DNA of 64,000 bases from Dehalococcoidia bacterium (GTDB lineage Bacteria > Chloroflexota > Dehalococcoidia > Lucifugimonadales > UBA3495), in NCBI GenBank assembly GCA_965204715.1, contig OZ242009.1, positions 244,893-308,892 on the forward strand, read 5' to 3'. Numbering within the stretch: the first letter of the stretch is position 1; each line of letters opens with the position of its first letter. The position numbers were made by a program, and so were the translations under genes. The notes under the pieces are model-generated. The model was given only the letters and a program-made list of their open reading frames with translations, had not been told where the DNA came from and did not search any database. Of this stretch, positions 1-8,366 are shown piece after piece.

Positions 1-269
1 TTGCCCATAAAACTCACGACCAGGGACGTTCCCAGGACCGCGGCCGCCGTGTTCACCAGGTTGTTGCTCAGGAGCACGGTAGCCAGAAACCTTTCGGGCG
101 GCTGGAGCAGCCTGGCCACCCTGTTCGCTGCCGGGTGCCCGGTATTGACCAGATGGGTCAACCGGGCGTTGGAAAGAGCGACCATGGCCGTCTCCGAGCC
201 GGAGAAGAAACCTGAGAACACCAGGCAAACGCCGAGTAGGGCCAACCTCCATAAGTCTGAAGACTCCAT
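1..269 (-). CDS. CNNM/TlyC-type hemolysin-family membrane protein (DUF21 domain), N-terminal part; gene continues past the left edge
   Basis: Absent from the ORF track because it has no stop in the window. Reverse complement from ATG at 269..267 reads MESSDLWRLALLGVCLVFSGFFSGSETAMVALSNARLTHLVNTGHPAANRVARLLQPPERFLATVLLSNNLVNTAAAVLG. This is a typical DUF21 N-terminus (SGSETA, LLxxPxxxLxTxLxxNxxxN). Confidence 0.7.
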   Translation of the reverse strand, partial: MESSDLWRLALLGVCLVFSGFFSGSETAMVALSNARLTHLVNTGHPAANRVARLLQPPERFLATVLLSNNLVNTAAAVLGTSLVVSFMG

Positions 270-420
270 TTCCCGAGAACACCTCCGCAAACCAGGCCGG
301 TGTATTCGCTGGGGACGGACCTTATCCGCCGCTCCCCGGCCAACGCCTTGGCATGGGGCCGGGTTCTCAGCCGGACGGCCTGTTCCAGGATGATAGCACC
401 GGCCTCAAATCAGTGTAAAG

Positions 421-449
421 TTGACTCGACCGGGCCTCGTGCTTATGAT
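421..449 (+). promoter_or_regulatory. sigma70-like promoter candidate for tsaD
   Basis: TTGACT (421-426), 17-nt spacer, TATGAT (444-449). Lies about 90 nt upstream of the tsaD ATG. Confidence 0.45.
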
Positions 450-539
450 TTTCAGCGTTGCCAGACGCTGCCCGGCCATTGGAAACATGCCGGGCCAGCC
501 CACCGCGAATCTAATTTGCCCCCGGTATGCCGAGGTGAG

Positions 540-1577
540 ATGGGCCTGAAAGTCCTGGGCATTGAAACATCCTGCGACGAGACTGCCGTTGGAGTGGTTG
601 AAGACGGACGCCGCCTGCGGACGAACATCATCGCTTCCCAGGTAGACCTCCACTCCATCTACGGGGGAATCGTCCCGGAGGTGGCGTCGCGCCAGCACGT
701 CCGGGACATGGTCCCGGTGGTGGAAAAAGCGGTTTCGGACGCCGGCCTGGAACTGGAGGACATCGACGCCATCGGCGTAACCTACGGCCCCGGCCTGGGC
801 GGGGCGTTGATAACCGGGCTGAACACGGCCAAGGCCCTCGCCTTCGCCCTGGACCGGCCGTTGATCGGCGTCAACCACCTGGAGGGACACATCTATGCCT
901 CGTGGCTGACGTCCCATGTACCGGACGAGGACCCCGGTTTCCCCCTTGCGTGCCTGATCGCCTCCGGCGGCCACACCGACCTGGCGCTGATGGAAGGCCA
1001 CGGGAACTACAAGCTGTTGGGCCGGACCCGGGATGACGCCGCGGGTGAGGCTTTCGACAAGGCGGCCCGCATCCTCGGACTGGGCTTCCCCGGCGGCCCG
1101 GAGATTCAGCGGGTGTCGGCAGGGGCGACAGGGCAGGAGCGTCTCCCCAGGGCCTGGATGCGGGGCACGCTGGATTTCAGTTTCAGCGGCGTCAAGACCG
1201 CGCTGCTGCACCTGGCCCAGGCCAAGGGCATGTACCCCGAAGTCGCTGCGGAGCTGGACGAAGGCGAACTTGCGGGCCTTATCAGGGAGATGGCGGCGGC
1301 TTTCCAGGAGTCGCTGGTTGACGTGATGAGCGCCAAGCTGTTCGAGGCCGCCGAAAGCTACGGGGCCAAGGGACTGGTGCTTGGCGGTGGAGTTGCGGCC
1401 AACGCGCTTTTGCGGCAGGAAGTATCCGGGCGGTCTCCGCTGCCGGTGATCATCCCGCCGCCCATCCTGTGCACGGACAACGGGGCGATGATCGCCGCCT
1501 GCGCCTACTTCCAGTACATCCGCGGCGACCAGTTCGGCCTGGAATTGGACATCGACCCCAGCCTCACCCTGGGTTGA
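540..1577 (+). CDS. tsaD: tRNA N6-adenosine threonylcarbamoyltransferase TsaD (Kae1/Gcp family)
   Basis: ORF 300..1577. The homologous part starts at ATG 540 (MGLKVLGIETSCDETAVGVVEDG...). Family hallmarks GIETSCDET, GPGLGGAL and NHLEGH are present. Confidence 0.9.
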   Translation: MGLKVLGIETSCDETAVGVVEDGRRLRTNIIASQVDLHSIYGGIVPEVASRQHVRDMVPVVEKAVSDAGLELEDIDAIGVTYGPGLGGALITGLNTAKALAFALDRPLIGVNHLEGHIYASWLTSHVPDEDPGFPLACLIASGGHTDLALMEGHGNYKLLGRTRDDAAGEAFDKAARILGLGFPGGPEIQRVSAGATGQERLPRAWMRGTLDFSFSGVKTALLHLAQAKGMYPEVAAELDEGELAGLIREMAAAFQESLVDVMSAKLFEAAESYGAKGLVLGGGVAANALLRQEVSGRSPLPVIIPPPILCTDNGAMIAACAYFQYIRGDQFGLELDIDPSLTLG

Positions 1578-1685
1578 CCGGGTTTCCGGAAACCGGCCGC
1601 CCCGAAAACCCACTGTCACACCTGGGCGTCTTTCCGGTAGACTGTCCCATTCACAACCCGGAAATCGGGGCCTTAACACAGACCT

Positions 1686-2360
1686 TTAACCTGCCCGTCC
1701 CCGCGCCTGAAAGACCGCGTCCAGCAGTTCGTAGACGTGCTCCCTGGCCTTACGGCTCCGGCATGGGAACGAGAATGACCACGTGCCTCCCTGGAACGAT
1801 ATGGAACCTCCCTGGCCGGTGAAGTAGTGCTTCCACATTAGCCAGGCGGCCACGACCACCGCAAGCAGGACCGCGACGGCTCCCGCGTCCATGCGGATGA
1901 TGGGCATGACCGGTCCTTCAAAACTGCCGGTCAACTGGTAGGCCAACACCAAGTACACAGCCAGCGCGCCCAGGACCAGCAACAGCCCCTGGAAGAGAGA
2001 CCCCGTGCCCCTGGACTCCCTTCTGTACACCACGCCCTGCAGGGATTCCAGGGTGGCAAGATAGGTCTCATCGCTCCTGTCGTCCTGGGCGAACGCCAGG
2101 ACGCGGTGGGTGGTGGTTACAAGCAGGTAGCCCCGCTCCGATGGTTCATCGACGAAACCGAGGGACGGGGTAAACAGGTGTGTCACCCGCTCCCCCGGCA
2201 GCAGGGACACATTGCGGACCCGGGTGAGGTAGCTATCGCGCGTAGGAACCCCGTTCACCACTCCTTCTCCGCGCAATATAGTAACACACCCCACCAAACC
2301 GCGGTGGGTTTCCCCGGAACCGGGCGCCCGTATGCTGGAAGCTCGCGACTGCCTCCGCAT
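1686..2360 (-). CDS. hypothetical membrane protein (N-terminal PH-like region, two central TM helices)
   Basis: 224-aa ORF with two hydrophobic helices (LFQGLLLVLGALAVYLVLAY and AGAVAVLLAVVVAAWLMW). No family recognised and the start codon is uncertain. Confidence 0.45.
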   Translation of the reverse strand: MRRQSRASSIRAPGSGETHRGLVGCVTILRGEGVVNGVPTRDSYLTRVRNVSLLPGERVTHLFTPSLGFVDEPSERGYLLVTTTHRVLAFAQDDRSDETYLATLESLQGVVYRRESRGTGSLFQGLLLVLGALAVYLVLAYQLTGSFEGPVMPIIRMDAGAVAVLLAVVVAAWLMWKHYFTGQGGSISFQGGTWSFSFPCRSRKAREHVYELLDAVFQARGRAG

Positions 2361-2806
2361 ATCGAACGCTCACTGCTCTACGGCATCCCGTGCCTGTTGC
2401 CGGTCAAAATCATGGTGGTATACTTCCCGCATCGTGGCCCGATGTAATATTCAATACGCGAAACGGCCGGCTCCGCCCTCGACCGGCAGTGTAGACGACA
2501 TGAGGCATATAGCCGTCCGTATGGCAGCTATTTGAGTTGTGTATGGATCGTATTAGCGTAAATTGCCCTCTGCATGAAGCTATCCTGCCCATTCCCCCTT
2601 CTTTCCATATTCCGGGGCATTGCAGTGAGCTGTTATCCGGGCTTGTTGCCACGGCTATGCTCCTGCCCTCGCCTCTGCCCACCGCAAGCACGTGTTCAAC
2701 ACAACCTTCCGGATCACGGTCAGCCCAATTACAAATGCCGCAGTGTTAATCGGGAACGCTCTTGGGAATTATGGCATCATCGCCTCGATAGAATGGAGGA
2801 ATCGAC

Positions 2807-3973
2807 ATGACGGTCCAGAGAGCCGCTACAACCCAAGACGAACTGCTCAGCGAGTGGCACAAGAAAGCGTGGCTCAAGCGATTGTTCCTGCCTGGGGATT
2901 TCCTGGAGCAGGTCAGCATGGACGGGGCAGAAAACATGGTATGTCATAAGACCACTATGGAATATCTGTCTATGATCGACCAGGTAGAGACAAAGACCGT
3001 CAAAGTTTCTGAATCCCGCAAGCACTCAACCGACGTGGATTACCGCCCGCAGGAATTCAAGGACGAGATCCTCAAAATCATTACCAACGCTGCGAAAGTC
3101 AAATGCGACAGTTGCTCCGGGAGAGGGAGGAGTACCTGCGGGAAGTGTTCCGGAGATGGGAAAGTCACCTGTGGCAAGTGTTCCGGGAGAGGCGAAGTCA
3201 ACTGCGATACCACAAAGAATTGCGGATCCTGCGGGGGAAGCGGCAAACGCCGGGAGAATTGCGGGTCCTGCGGCGGCAGAGGCAAACATGAGAGGAAATG
3301 CGGGACTTGCGGCGGCGGCGGCGTTACTGGCCGCGGCGGCAGCGGCGCCGGGCCGTGCTACTCTTGCGGCGGGAGCGGCAAACATAGCAAGGATTGCGGC
3401 AGTTGCAGCGGGGGTAAAGTCACCAGGAATTGCGGCCGTTGCAGAGGAGGCAAAGTGACTTGCGACCGGTGCGGCGGGAGGGGCAGCGTTGGTTGTAACC
3501 GCTGCAACAGGAGCGGCATTCTGACCTGCAACCGGTGCAACGGGAGCGGCAGCGTGGTCTGCGGCACATGCGATGGGGCAGGCGAGCTGGTGAAGGGGGA
3601 TATCATCACCAGGAAATTTTCATGCTCAACGGACCTGACGTACCGGTTATCCGGGCTGGCCGCCAATGAGTTCAAGAACGGGCTGGCGGCCAAACACTTC
3701 GAGTCCGTAACCGGGGACCTGGTGCAAGAGGAATTACAGACCCCCGCCAGCAACGATATTGTGTTACAGCGGCAGACTGTCCACTCCTATGACGTGCTTT
3801 CGCACGGCTACTCCTACAACGGTGCGGAGTTCCGGTTAAACCGGATAACCACCGGCAACGGCTTGAAGTACGTCGCCTTGGGTATGCCCTTTTCCAAGAC
3901 CAGGACTGCCATAGCTGGCGCTGTATTCTTTGTTGCTGCGGCGGCAGTCTCAGCCCTATTGATATTTCTCTAA
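2807..3973 (+). CDS. tail-anchored protein with an array of 13 CxxC (DnaJ cysteine-rich-domain-like CxxCxGxG) zinc-finger motifs
   Basis: GGAGGA lies 6 nt before ATG 2807. Residues ~100-265 contain CDSC, CGKC x2, CGSC x3, CGTC x2, CYSC, CGRC, CDRC and CNRC x2, mostly followed by xGxG. The C-terminus is the hydrophobic AIAGAVFFVAAAAVSALLIFL. Confidence 0.75.
   Translation: MTVQRAATTQDELLSEWHKKAWLKRLFLPGDFLEQVSMDGAENMVCHKTTMEYLSMIDQVETKTVKVSESRKHSTDVDYRPQEFKDEILKIITNAAKVKCDSCSGRGRSTCGKCSGDGKVTCGKCSGRGEVNCDTTKNCGSCGGSGKRRENCGSCGGRGKHERKCGTCGGGGVTGRGGSGAGPCYSCGGSGKHSKDCGSCSGGKVTRNCGRCRGGKVTCDRCGGRGSVGCNRCNRSGILTCNRCNGSGSVVCGTCDGAGELVKGDIITRKFSCSTDLTYRLSGLAANEFKNGLAAKHFESVTGDLVQEELQTPASNDIVLQRQTVHSYDVLSHGYSYNGAEFRLNRITTGNGLKYVALGMPFSKTRTAIAGAVFFVAAAAVSALLIFL
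3218..3334 (+). repeat. three tandem 39-nt coding repeats inside the zinc-finger array
   Basis: Units begin at 3218, 3257 and 3296 (aattgcggatcctgcgggggaagcggcaaacgccgggag / aattgcgggtcctgcggcggcagaggcaaacatgagagg / aaatgcgggacttgcggcggc...). They encode NCGSCGGSGKRRE, NCGSCGGRGKHER and KCGTCGGGG. Confidence 0.7.
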
Positions 3974-4010
3974 GCGGCGTCCGGCGCTTTGGCGAAATGA
4001 GGCCTAAAGG

Positions 4011-4041
4011 TTGACATTAAGATTGTGAAACACCCTATGAT
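4011..4041 (+). promoter_or_regulatory. promoter candidate in front of the vWA/PP2C/kinase gene string
   Basis: TTGACA (4011-4016), 19-nt spacer (long), TATGAT (4036-4041). Lies about 90 nt upstream of ATG 4130. Confidence 0.35.
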
Positions 4042-4129
4042 ATGAACGCCTCAGCGCCTGAATGCTCTTGATGAGTCCTTCAGGCCCAATCCATCTGGAC
4101 TATCGAAATCTGAAAGGAGCGAAACAGCC

Positions 4130-4996
4130 ATGCCATATACTGCCGACATCAGCCGGGCCAACCCCGCCTGCTTCCTTTTCCTGATCGACCAGTCGGGATC
4201 GATGGAACAGGCATTGTCCGGCCAGCCCGGTTTTCGCAAGATGGACCAGGCGGCAATCGCGCTCAACGGCATCCTCAACGCCCTGTCACTGCGCTGCTCC
4301 CAGGGCATGGAGGTGCGAGACTACTTCCACATCGGCGTAATCGGCTACAATACCGACAGCTCCGGAAATCCAACGGTGCGAAGCGCCCTCCAGGGCACGT
4401 CCCCCGATTCGCCCTTCCTCCTGGTCAGCCAGGTGGTTGACCTCGCAGAAGTCGAAGACCGGCAGGTCAAGGAACCCGACGGCGCGGGCGGCCTGGTGGA
4501 AGTCACCCGGAAAGTGCCCGTCTGGTTCCACCCCCACGCCCAGTACGGCACCCCCATGTGCGAGGCTTTGGGGGATGCCGCCGCAGCCTTGCGGACCTGG
4601 ACCGGCGAATATCCCGACTCCTTCCCGCCCATAGTGATCAACATCTCCGACGGCATGGCCACCGACGGAGACCCGCAGGCCCCGGCAGACGAGATAATGG
4701 GGCTCGGCACCTCCGACGGCAACACCCTGCTCTTCAACATCCACCTTTCCGAAACGGCGGCAGTGCCCATCCAGTACCCCGACAGTGAGGATGGCCTGCC
4801 CGACGAGCACTCCAGGACGCTGTTCCGCATGTCCTCGGTGCTGCCTGAGTCCAGCCGGAGCATGGCCGTCACCCTGGACCTGTCGGTGAACGAGAACTCC
4901 CGCGGCTTCGTCTTCAACGCCAACATGGAGTCGCTGGTGCAATTCCTGGACATCGGCACCCGAGGGCCTTCCAACGCGCCTTCCGATCTGCACTGA
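4130..4996 (+). CDS. TerY-like von Willebrand factor A (vWA) domain protein, paralog 1
   Basis: N-terminus MPYTADISRANPACFLFLIDQSGSM carries the MIDAS DxSxS motif. The downstream MIDAS Thr (YGTPMCEAL) and Asp (NISDGMATDGD) are also present. No signal peptide. Confidence 0.8.
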   Translation: MPYTADISRANPACFLFLIDQSGSMEQALSGQPGFRKMDQAAIALNGILNALSLRCSQGMEVRDYFHIGVIGYNTDSSGNPTVRSALQGTSPDSPFLLVSQVVDLAEVEDRQVKEPDGAGGLVEVTRKVPVWFHPHAQYGTPMCEALGDAAAALRTWTGEYPDSFPPIVINISDGMATDGDPQAPADEIMGLGTSDGNTLLFNIHLSETAAVPIQYPDSEDGLPDEHSRTLFRMSSVLPESSRSMAVTLDLSVNENSRGFVFNANMESLVQFLDIGTRGPSNAPSDLH

Positions 4997-5055
4997 CAGC
5001 CAGGGGCAGGGGCGCCCTGCCAGCCACCAGCCACCGGAGAGGAGGAGAGCCGGAC

Positions 5056-6003
5056 ATGCCATACACCGCCGACATCAGCCGGGCCAATCCCAGTTGCTTC
5101 ATGTTCCTGGTTGACCAGTCCTACTCCATGGAGGGAGCGCTGGCAGGCCAGCCGGGGCAGCACAAAATGAACGCTGCCGCCGACACGATAAACCGAGTCC
5201 TGGAGAGTCTCACCCTGCGCTGTTCCCAGGGGATGGACGTTCGTGACTACTTCGACATCGGTATCCTGGGCTACGGCTGTGAACAGAAGGCGGAATACGA
5301 CCCGAATCAAGTCTACGGTTACCTGGATGCAAACGAGGTGTATCACGAAATACCACATGCCCAGTTGGACAAAGACAACCTCGTCGAATGCGTAGTAATC
5401 AGCGCCCTTCCTGGGACCACCCTGGAACAGCCCTTCCTGCCCATCAGCAGGGTGGTGGAAGTGGCCGAAATGGTGGACCGGCAGGTGAGAGAGAGCGACG
5501 GCAGAGGAGGAACAACCGAAGTAACCCGCAAGATGCCCGTCTGGTTACGGCCTCATGCCGGGGCGCAAACCCCGATGTGCGAAGCTCTGGCCCACGCCGG
5601 ACAGGCCATCGAACGATGGATCTCCCGGCACCCCGACTCCTTCCCCCCTGCCGTTATCAACATCAGCGACGGCGAGGCCAACGACGGCGACCCTGAGCCT
5701 GTGGCCCAGCAGATCATGGGCCTGCAAACGTCCGATGGCAACGTACTGATGTACAACTGCCACCTGTCCGAGTTGGCGGCAATGCCCATCCAATACCCCG
5801 ACCGGGAGGACGGCCTGCCCGACCAGTTCGCCCGGAGCCTGTTCCGCATGTCGTCGGTACTGCCCGATTCCATCCGGGGACTGGCGGCAACCCTGGCCCT
5901 GCCGGTCAGGGACAACTCCCGCGGCTTCGTCTTCAACGCCGACATGACTGCCCTGGTGCAATTCCTCGACATCGGCACCCGCGGCCCTTCCAACCTGCAT
6001 TAG
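5056..6003 (+). CDS. TerY-like vWA domain protein, paralog 2 (with ~30-aa insertion)
   Basis: MPYTADISRANPSCFMFLVDQSYSM (DxSxS), AQTPMCEAL and NISDGEANDGD. Collinear with paralog 1 except for an extra segment, EQKAEYDPNQVYGYLDANEVYHEIPHAQLDKDNLVECVV. Confidence 0.8.
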   Translation: MPYTADISRANPSCFMFLVDQSYSMEGALAGQPGQHKMNAAADTINRVLESLTLRCSQGMDVRDYFDIGILGYGCEQKAEYDPNQVYGYLDANEVYHEIPHAQLDKDNLVECVVISALPGTTLEQPFLPISRVVEVAEMVDRQVRESDGRGGTTEVTRKMPVWLRPHAGAQTPMCEALAHAGQAIERWISRHPDSFPPAVINISDGEANDGDPEPVAQQIMGLQTSDGNVLMYNCHLSELAAMPIQYPDREDGLPDQFARSLFRMSSVLPDSIRGLAATLALPVRDNSRGFVFNADMTALVQFLDIGTRGPSNLH

Positions 6004-6078
6004 GGACGCGGGTCCTCTGCACGGCGGAGGGCCGGAGCAGCCGTGGAGGATCCACGTTTCAGAAATTGAGAGGCATCT

Positions 6079-6852
6079 ATGGAACTGCGAGGTCTCAGAA
6101 CACTCTGGATGGCCAAAGCCGGCAATCGCCCGGAAGAATGTGAAGACTCCTACGCCTTCGACCCTCTGGCCTGCCGCGTGGGTTCAATGGGCGTTAATAC
6201 CGCCAGGATCGCGGTTTCCGATGGGGCCAGCGAGTCGGCCTTTGCCCGGAGCTGGTCGCAGGTCCTGAGCCAATCATTTATCGACAGGCCCCTGGACCTG
6301 TCAGGCATCGGCCAGGACGCCCTGGAAAGCTGGCTCGCTCCAGGCCAGCAGGCATGGGACGCAACAGTGCCCTGGGACCGCATCCCCTGGCACGGGGAGG
6401 CCAAGGCGCGGGCCGGAGCGCTGGCGACACTGCTCGGTCTGACCATCTCCCCGGCGGGCGCGGGGGCCCTGTCCTGGCAAGCAGTTGCCATAGGCGACTG
6501 CTGCCTCTTCATAGTCCGCGACGGCAAGTTGCTCCGGTCCTTCCCCCTCGACGATGCCGCCCAGTTCAACAACACCCCGGTCCTGATTTGCAGCAACCCG
6601 GCCAATAACCGGGGCCTTGGCGGTCACGTCCGGCAGGAACGGGGGGACTGCGCCCCCGGAGACCTGTTCCTCCTGGCCTCCGACGCCCTGGCCTGCTGGA
6701 TGCTGGAGGACCACGCCCAGGGCGGCAGCCCCTGGGACACCCTGCTGGCCTTGGACTCCCACCAGGCTTGGGAAGAATGGGTCAACACCCAGAGGCAAGA
6801 ACGCATAATGAAGAACGACGACACCACGCTGGTTGTTGTAGAGGTGGAGTAA
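6079..6852 (+). CDS. PP2C-family Ser/Thr protein phosphatase
   Basis: Acidic metal-binding motifs appear in PP2C order: PEECEDSY, AVSDGASES, ASDAL and a C-terminal KNDDTTLVVVEV. Its position between the vWA and kinase genes matches TerY-P triads. Confidence 0.7.
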   Translation: MELRGLRTLWMAKAGNRPEECEDSYAFDPLACRVGSMGVNTARIAVSDGASESAFARSWSQVLSQSFIDRPLDLSGIGQDALESWLAPGQQAWDATVPWDRIPWHGEAKARAGALATLLGLTISPAGAGALSWQAVAIGDCCLFIVRDGKLLRSFPLDDAAQFNNTPVLICSNPANNRGLGGHVRQERGDCAPGDLFLLASDALACWMLEDHAQGGSPWDTLLALDSHQAWEEWVNTQRQERIMKNDDTTLVVVEVE

Positions 6853-6873
6853 CAGAAAAAGTGAGGTGAGCTT

Positions 6874-8274
6874 ATGGCCTGGCCGCCGCCTGTTGACTTC
6901 AGGGACGCCGTCCAGAACCCCCAGAATTGCTTCGAGGTCCAGGATCTGGCCCAGGGGGCCACTGCGGTCACCCGCATGGGCACCCCGGTAGTCTGGTCGG
7001 GCAACTTCGCCTGCGTGTTCAAGGTGGCCACCCCCGGCGGCGACGTGGCCGTGCGCTGCTTCACCCGGGAGGTCAGGGACCAGCAGCAGCGCTACGGCCA
7101 TTTGAGCGAATACCTCGCCGGAGTCAGGCCGGGGTTCCTCGTGGGCTTTGAGTACGTGGAGCGGGGGATCAGGGTCAAGGGCGACTGGTATCCCATAGTC
7201 AGGATGGAGTGGGCCGAGGGAGACCGGCTGGACAAGTTCATCGAGGGACATCTAAACAGGCCGGACGTCATCATGGGTCTGGCCGCCAGTTGGCGCGGCG
7301 TAAACGGCGGGCTCCGGGGCCTTGAAATCGCCCACAACGACCTTCAGCACGGCAACGTCATGGTCCAGGAGCAGGGCGGCCTCCACCTCGTCGACTACGA
7401 CGGCATATACCTGCCCCGGTTCGAGGGAGAGCCCAGCCCCGAGATCGGCCACCGGCACTACCAGCACCCCAGGAGGACAGACCGGGACTACCATGCGGAG
7501 ATCGACAACTTCCCTTCCCTGGTCGTCTACCTGACCCTGATGGCCCTGGGCGTAGACCCCCAACTCTGGGACAGGTTCTACAACCAGGAAAACATGCTCT
7601 TCACCAGGGATGACTTCGCCGACCCCGCCAACTCCGATTGCTTCAAAGCCTTGAAGTCCAGCCCCGACGCCTACGTCGCCGAGCTGACCGGCATACTCGA
7701 AGGGTTCTGCTCCCAACCTGTGGAACAGGTGCCCCGGCTGGAGAACGTCCTGCGCGGCGTTACGGCCTCTCCGCCAACAGCGTCCACGTCCGCACCGGCA
7801 CCCGCGCCTGCTCCCGCTCCGGCGCCACCCGCACCCGCGCCCGGCGCTCCCACGGCTCCTCCATCATCAGCGCCTGCACCTCCACCTGCGCCACCTATCC
7901 CGCCGTCGTCATGGCCCGCGCCTGCACCGCCACCTCCGCCAGCGCCAGCGCCGCCTGTGCCCCCGTCGTCACGGCCCGCGCCACAACCGCCGCCCGTTCC
8001 CGGCGCTCCGGCGCCGCCCCCGCTTCCGCGGCCACGGGTCCCGTCAGCTTCGTCGCCAGGTCCGGGGGGACTCTTCGAAATGGCGAGAGAGTCCAACAAG
8101 CCGATATTTATCCTGGCTGGTCTCTGGCTCTTCTGCGCCATGCTGGGATCGTTTCTGCCCTTCTTCGGGGGGTTCGGCCTCATAGTCTTACTGGCGCTGA
8201 TTTGCGCCATCTGCTACAGAATACGGCCGGTACGTGAATGGATTGGCGACCGTTTAAGCAATCTCAGGAGATGA
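6874..8274 (+). CDS. Ser/Thr protein kinase-like protein 1: kinase domain + Pro-rich linker + C-terminal TM hairpin
   Basis: Catalytic loop [13 protein letters not shown] and DFG-equivalent [10 protein letters not shown]. The beta3 position reads VAVRCF (Arg, not Lys). About 90 aa of the linker are PA/PP-rich. The C-terminus PIFILAGLWLFCAMLGSFLPFFGGFGLIVLLALICAICYRIR forms two TM helices. Confidence 0.75.
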   Translation: MAWPPPVDFRDAVQNPQNCFEVQDLAQGATAVTRMGTPVVWSGNFACVFKVATPGGDVAVRCFTREVRDQQQRYGHLSEYLAGVRPGFLVGFEYVERGIRVKGDWYPIVRMEWAEGDRLDKFIEGHLNRPDVIMGLAASWRGVNGGLRGLEIAHNDLQHGNVMVQEQGGLHLVDYDGIYLPRFEGEPSPEIGHRHYQHPRRTDRDYHAEIDNFPSLVVYLTLMALGVDPQLWDRFYNQENMLFTRDDFADPANSDCFKALKSSPDAYVAELTGILEGFCSQPVEQVPRLENVLRGVTASPPTASTSAPAPAPAPAPAPPAPAPGAPTAPPSSAPAPPPAPPIPPSSWPAPAPPPPPAPAPPVPPSSRPAPQPPPVPGAPAPPPLPRPRVPSASSPGPGGLFEMARESNKPIFILAGLWLFCAMLGSFLPFFGGFGLIVLLALICAICYRIRPVREWIGDRLSNLRR

Positions 8275-8366
8275 CCAGCCCCGCGAACGGCGTCGAGTCA
8301 GACCGGCCATCGGGAACGCGGTCCCCCGGCGAGGGGGATGGCGTTCCGGAGAAAGCGAGGTGAGCC

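Noticed and set aside
1-393. Plus-strand ORF 1..393 (130 aa).
   Set aside because: Its composition is not protein-like. The opposite strand encodes a clear DUF21/CNNM N-terminus (1..269).
405-1679. Long antisense or alternative-frame ORFs in the track. Examples are 405..1679 -, 4345..5358 -, 13870..15402 -, 21345..23099 -, 37131..38816 +, 52708..54180 - and 33675..34685 -.
   Set aside because: Each lies opposite or out of frame to a gene with clear family motifs. Their translations are Arg/Gly/Pro/Ala-rich with no motifs. These are typical shadow ORFs of high-GC DNA.
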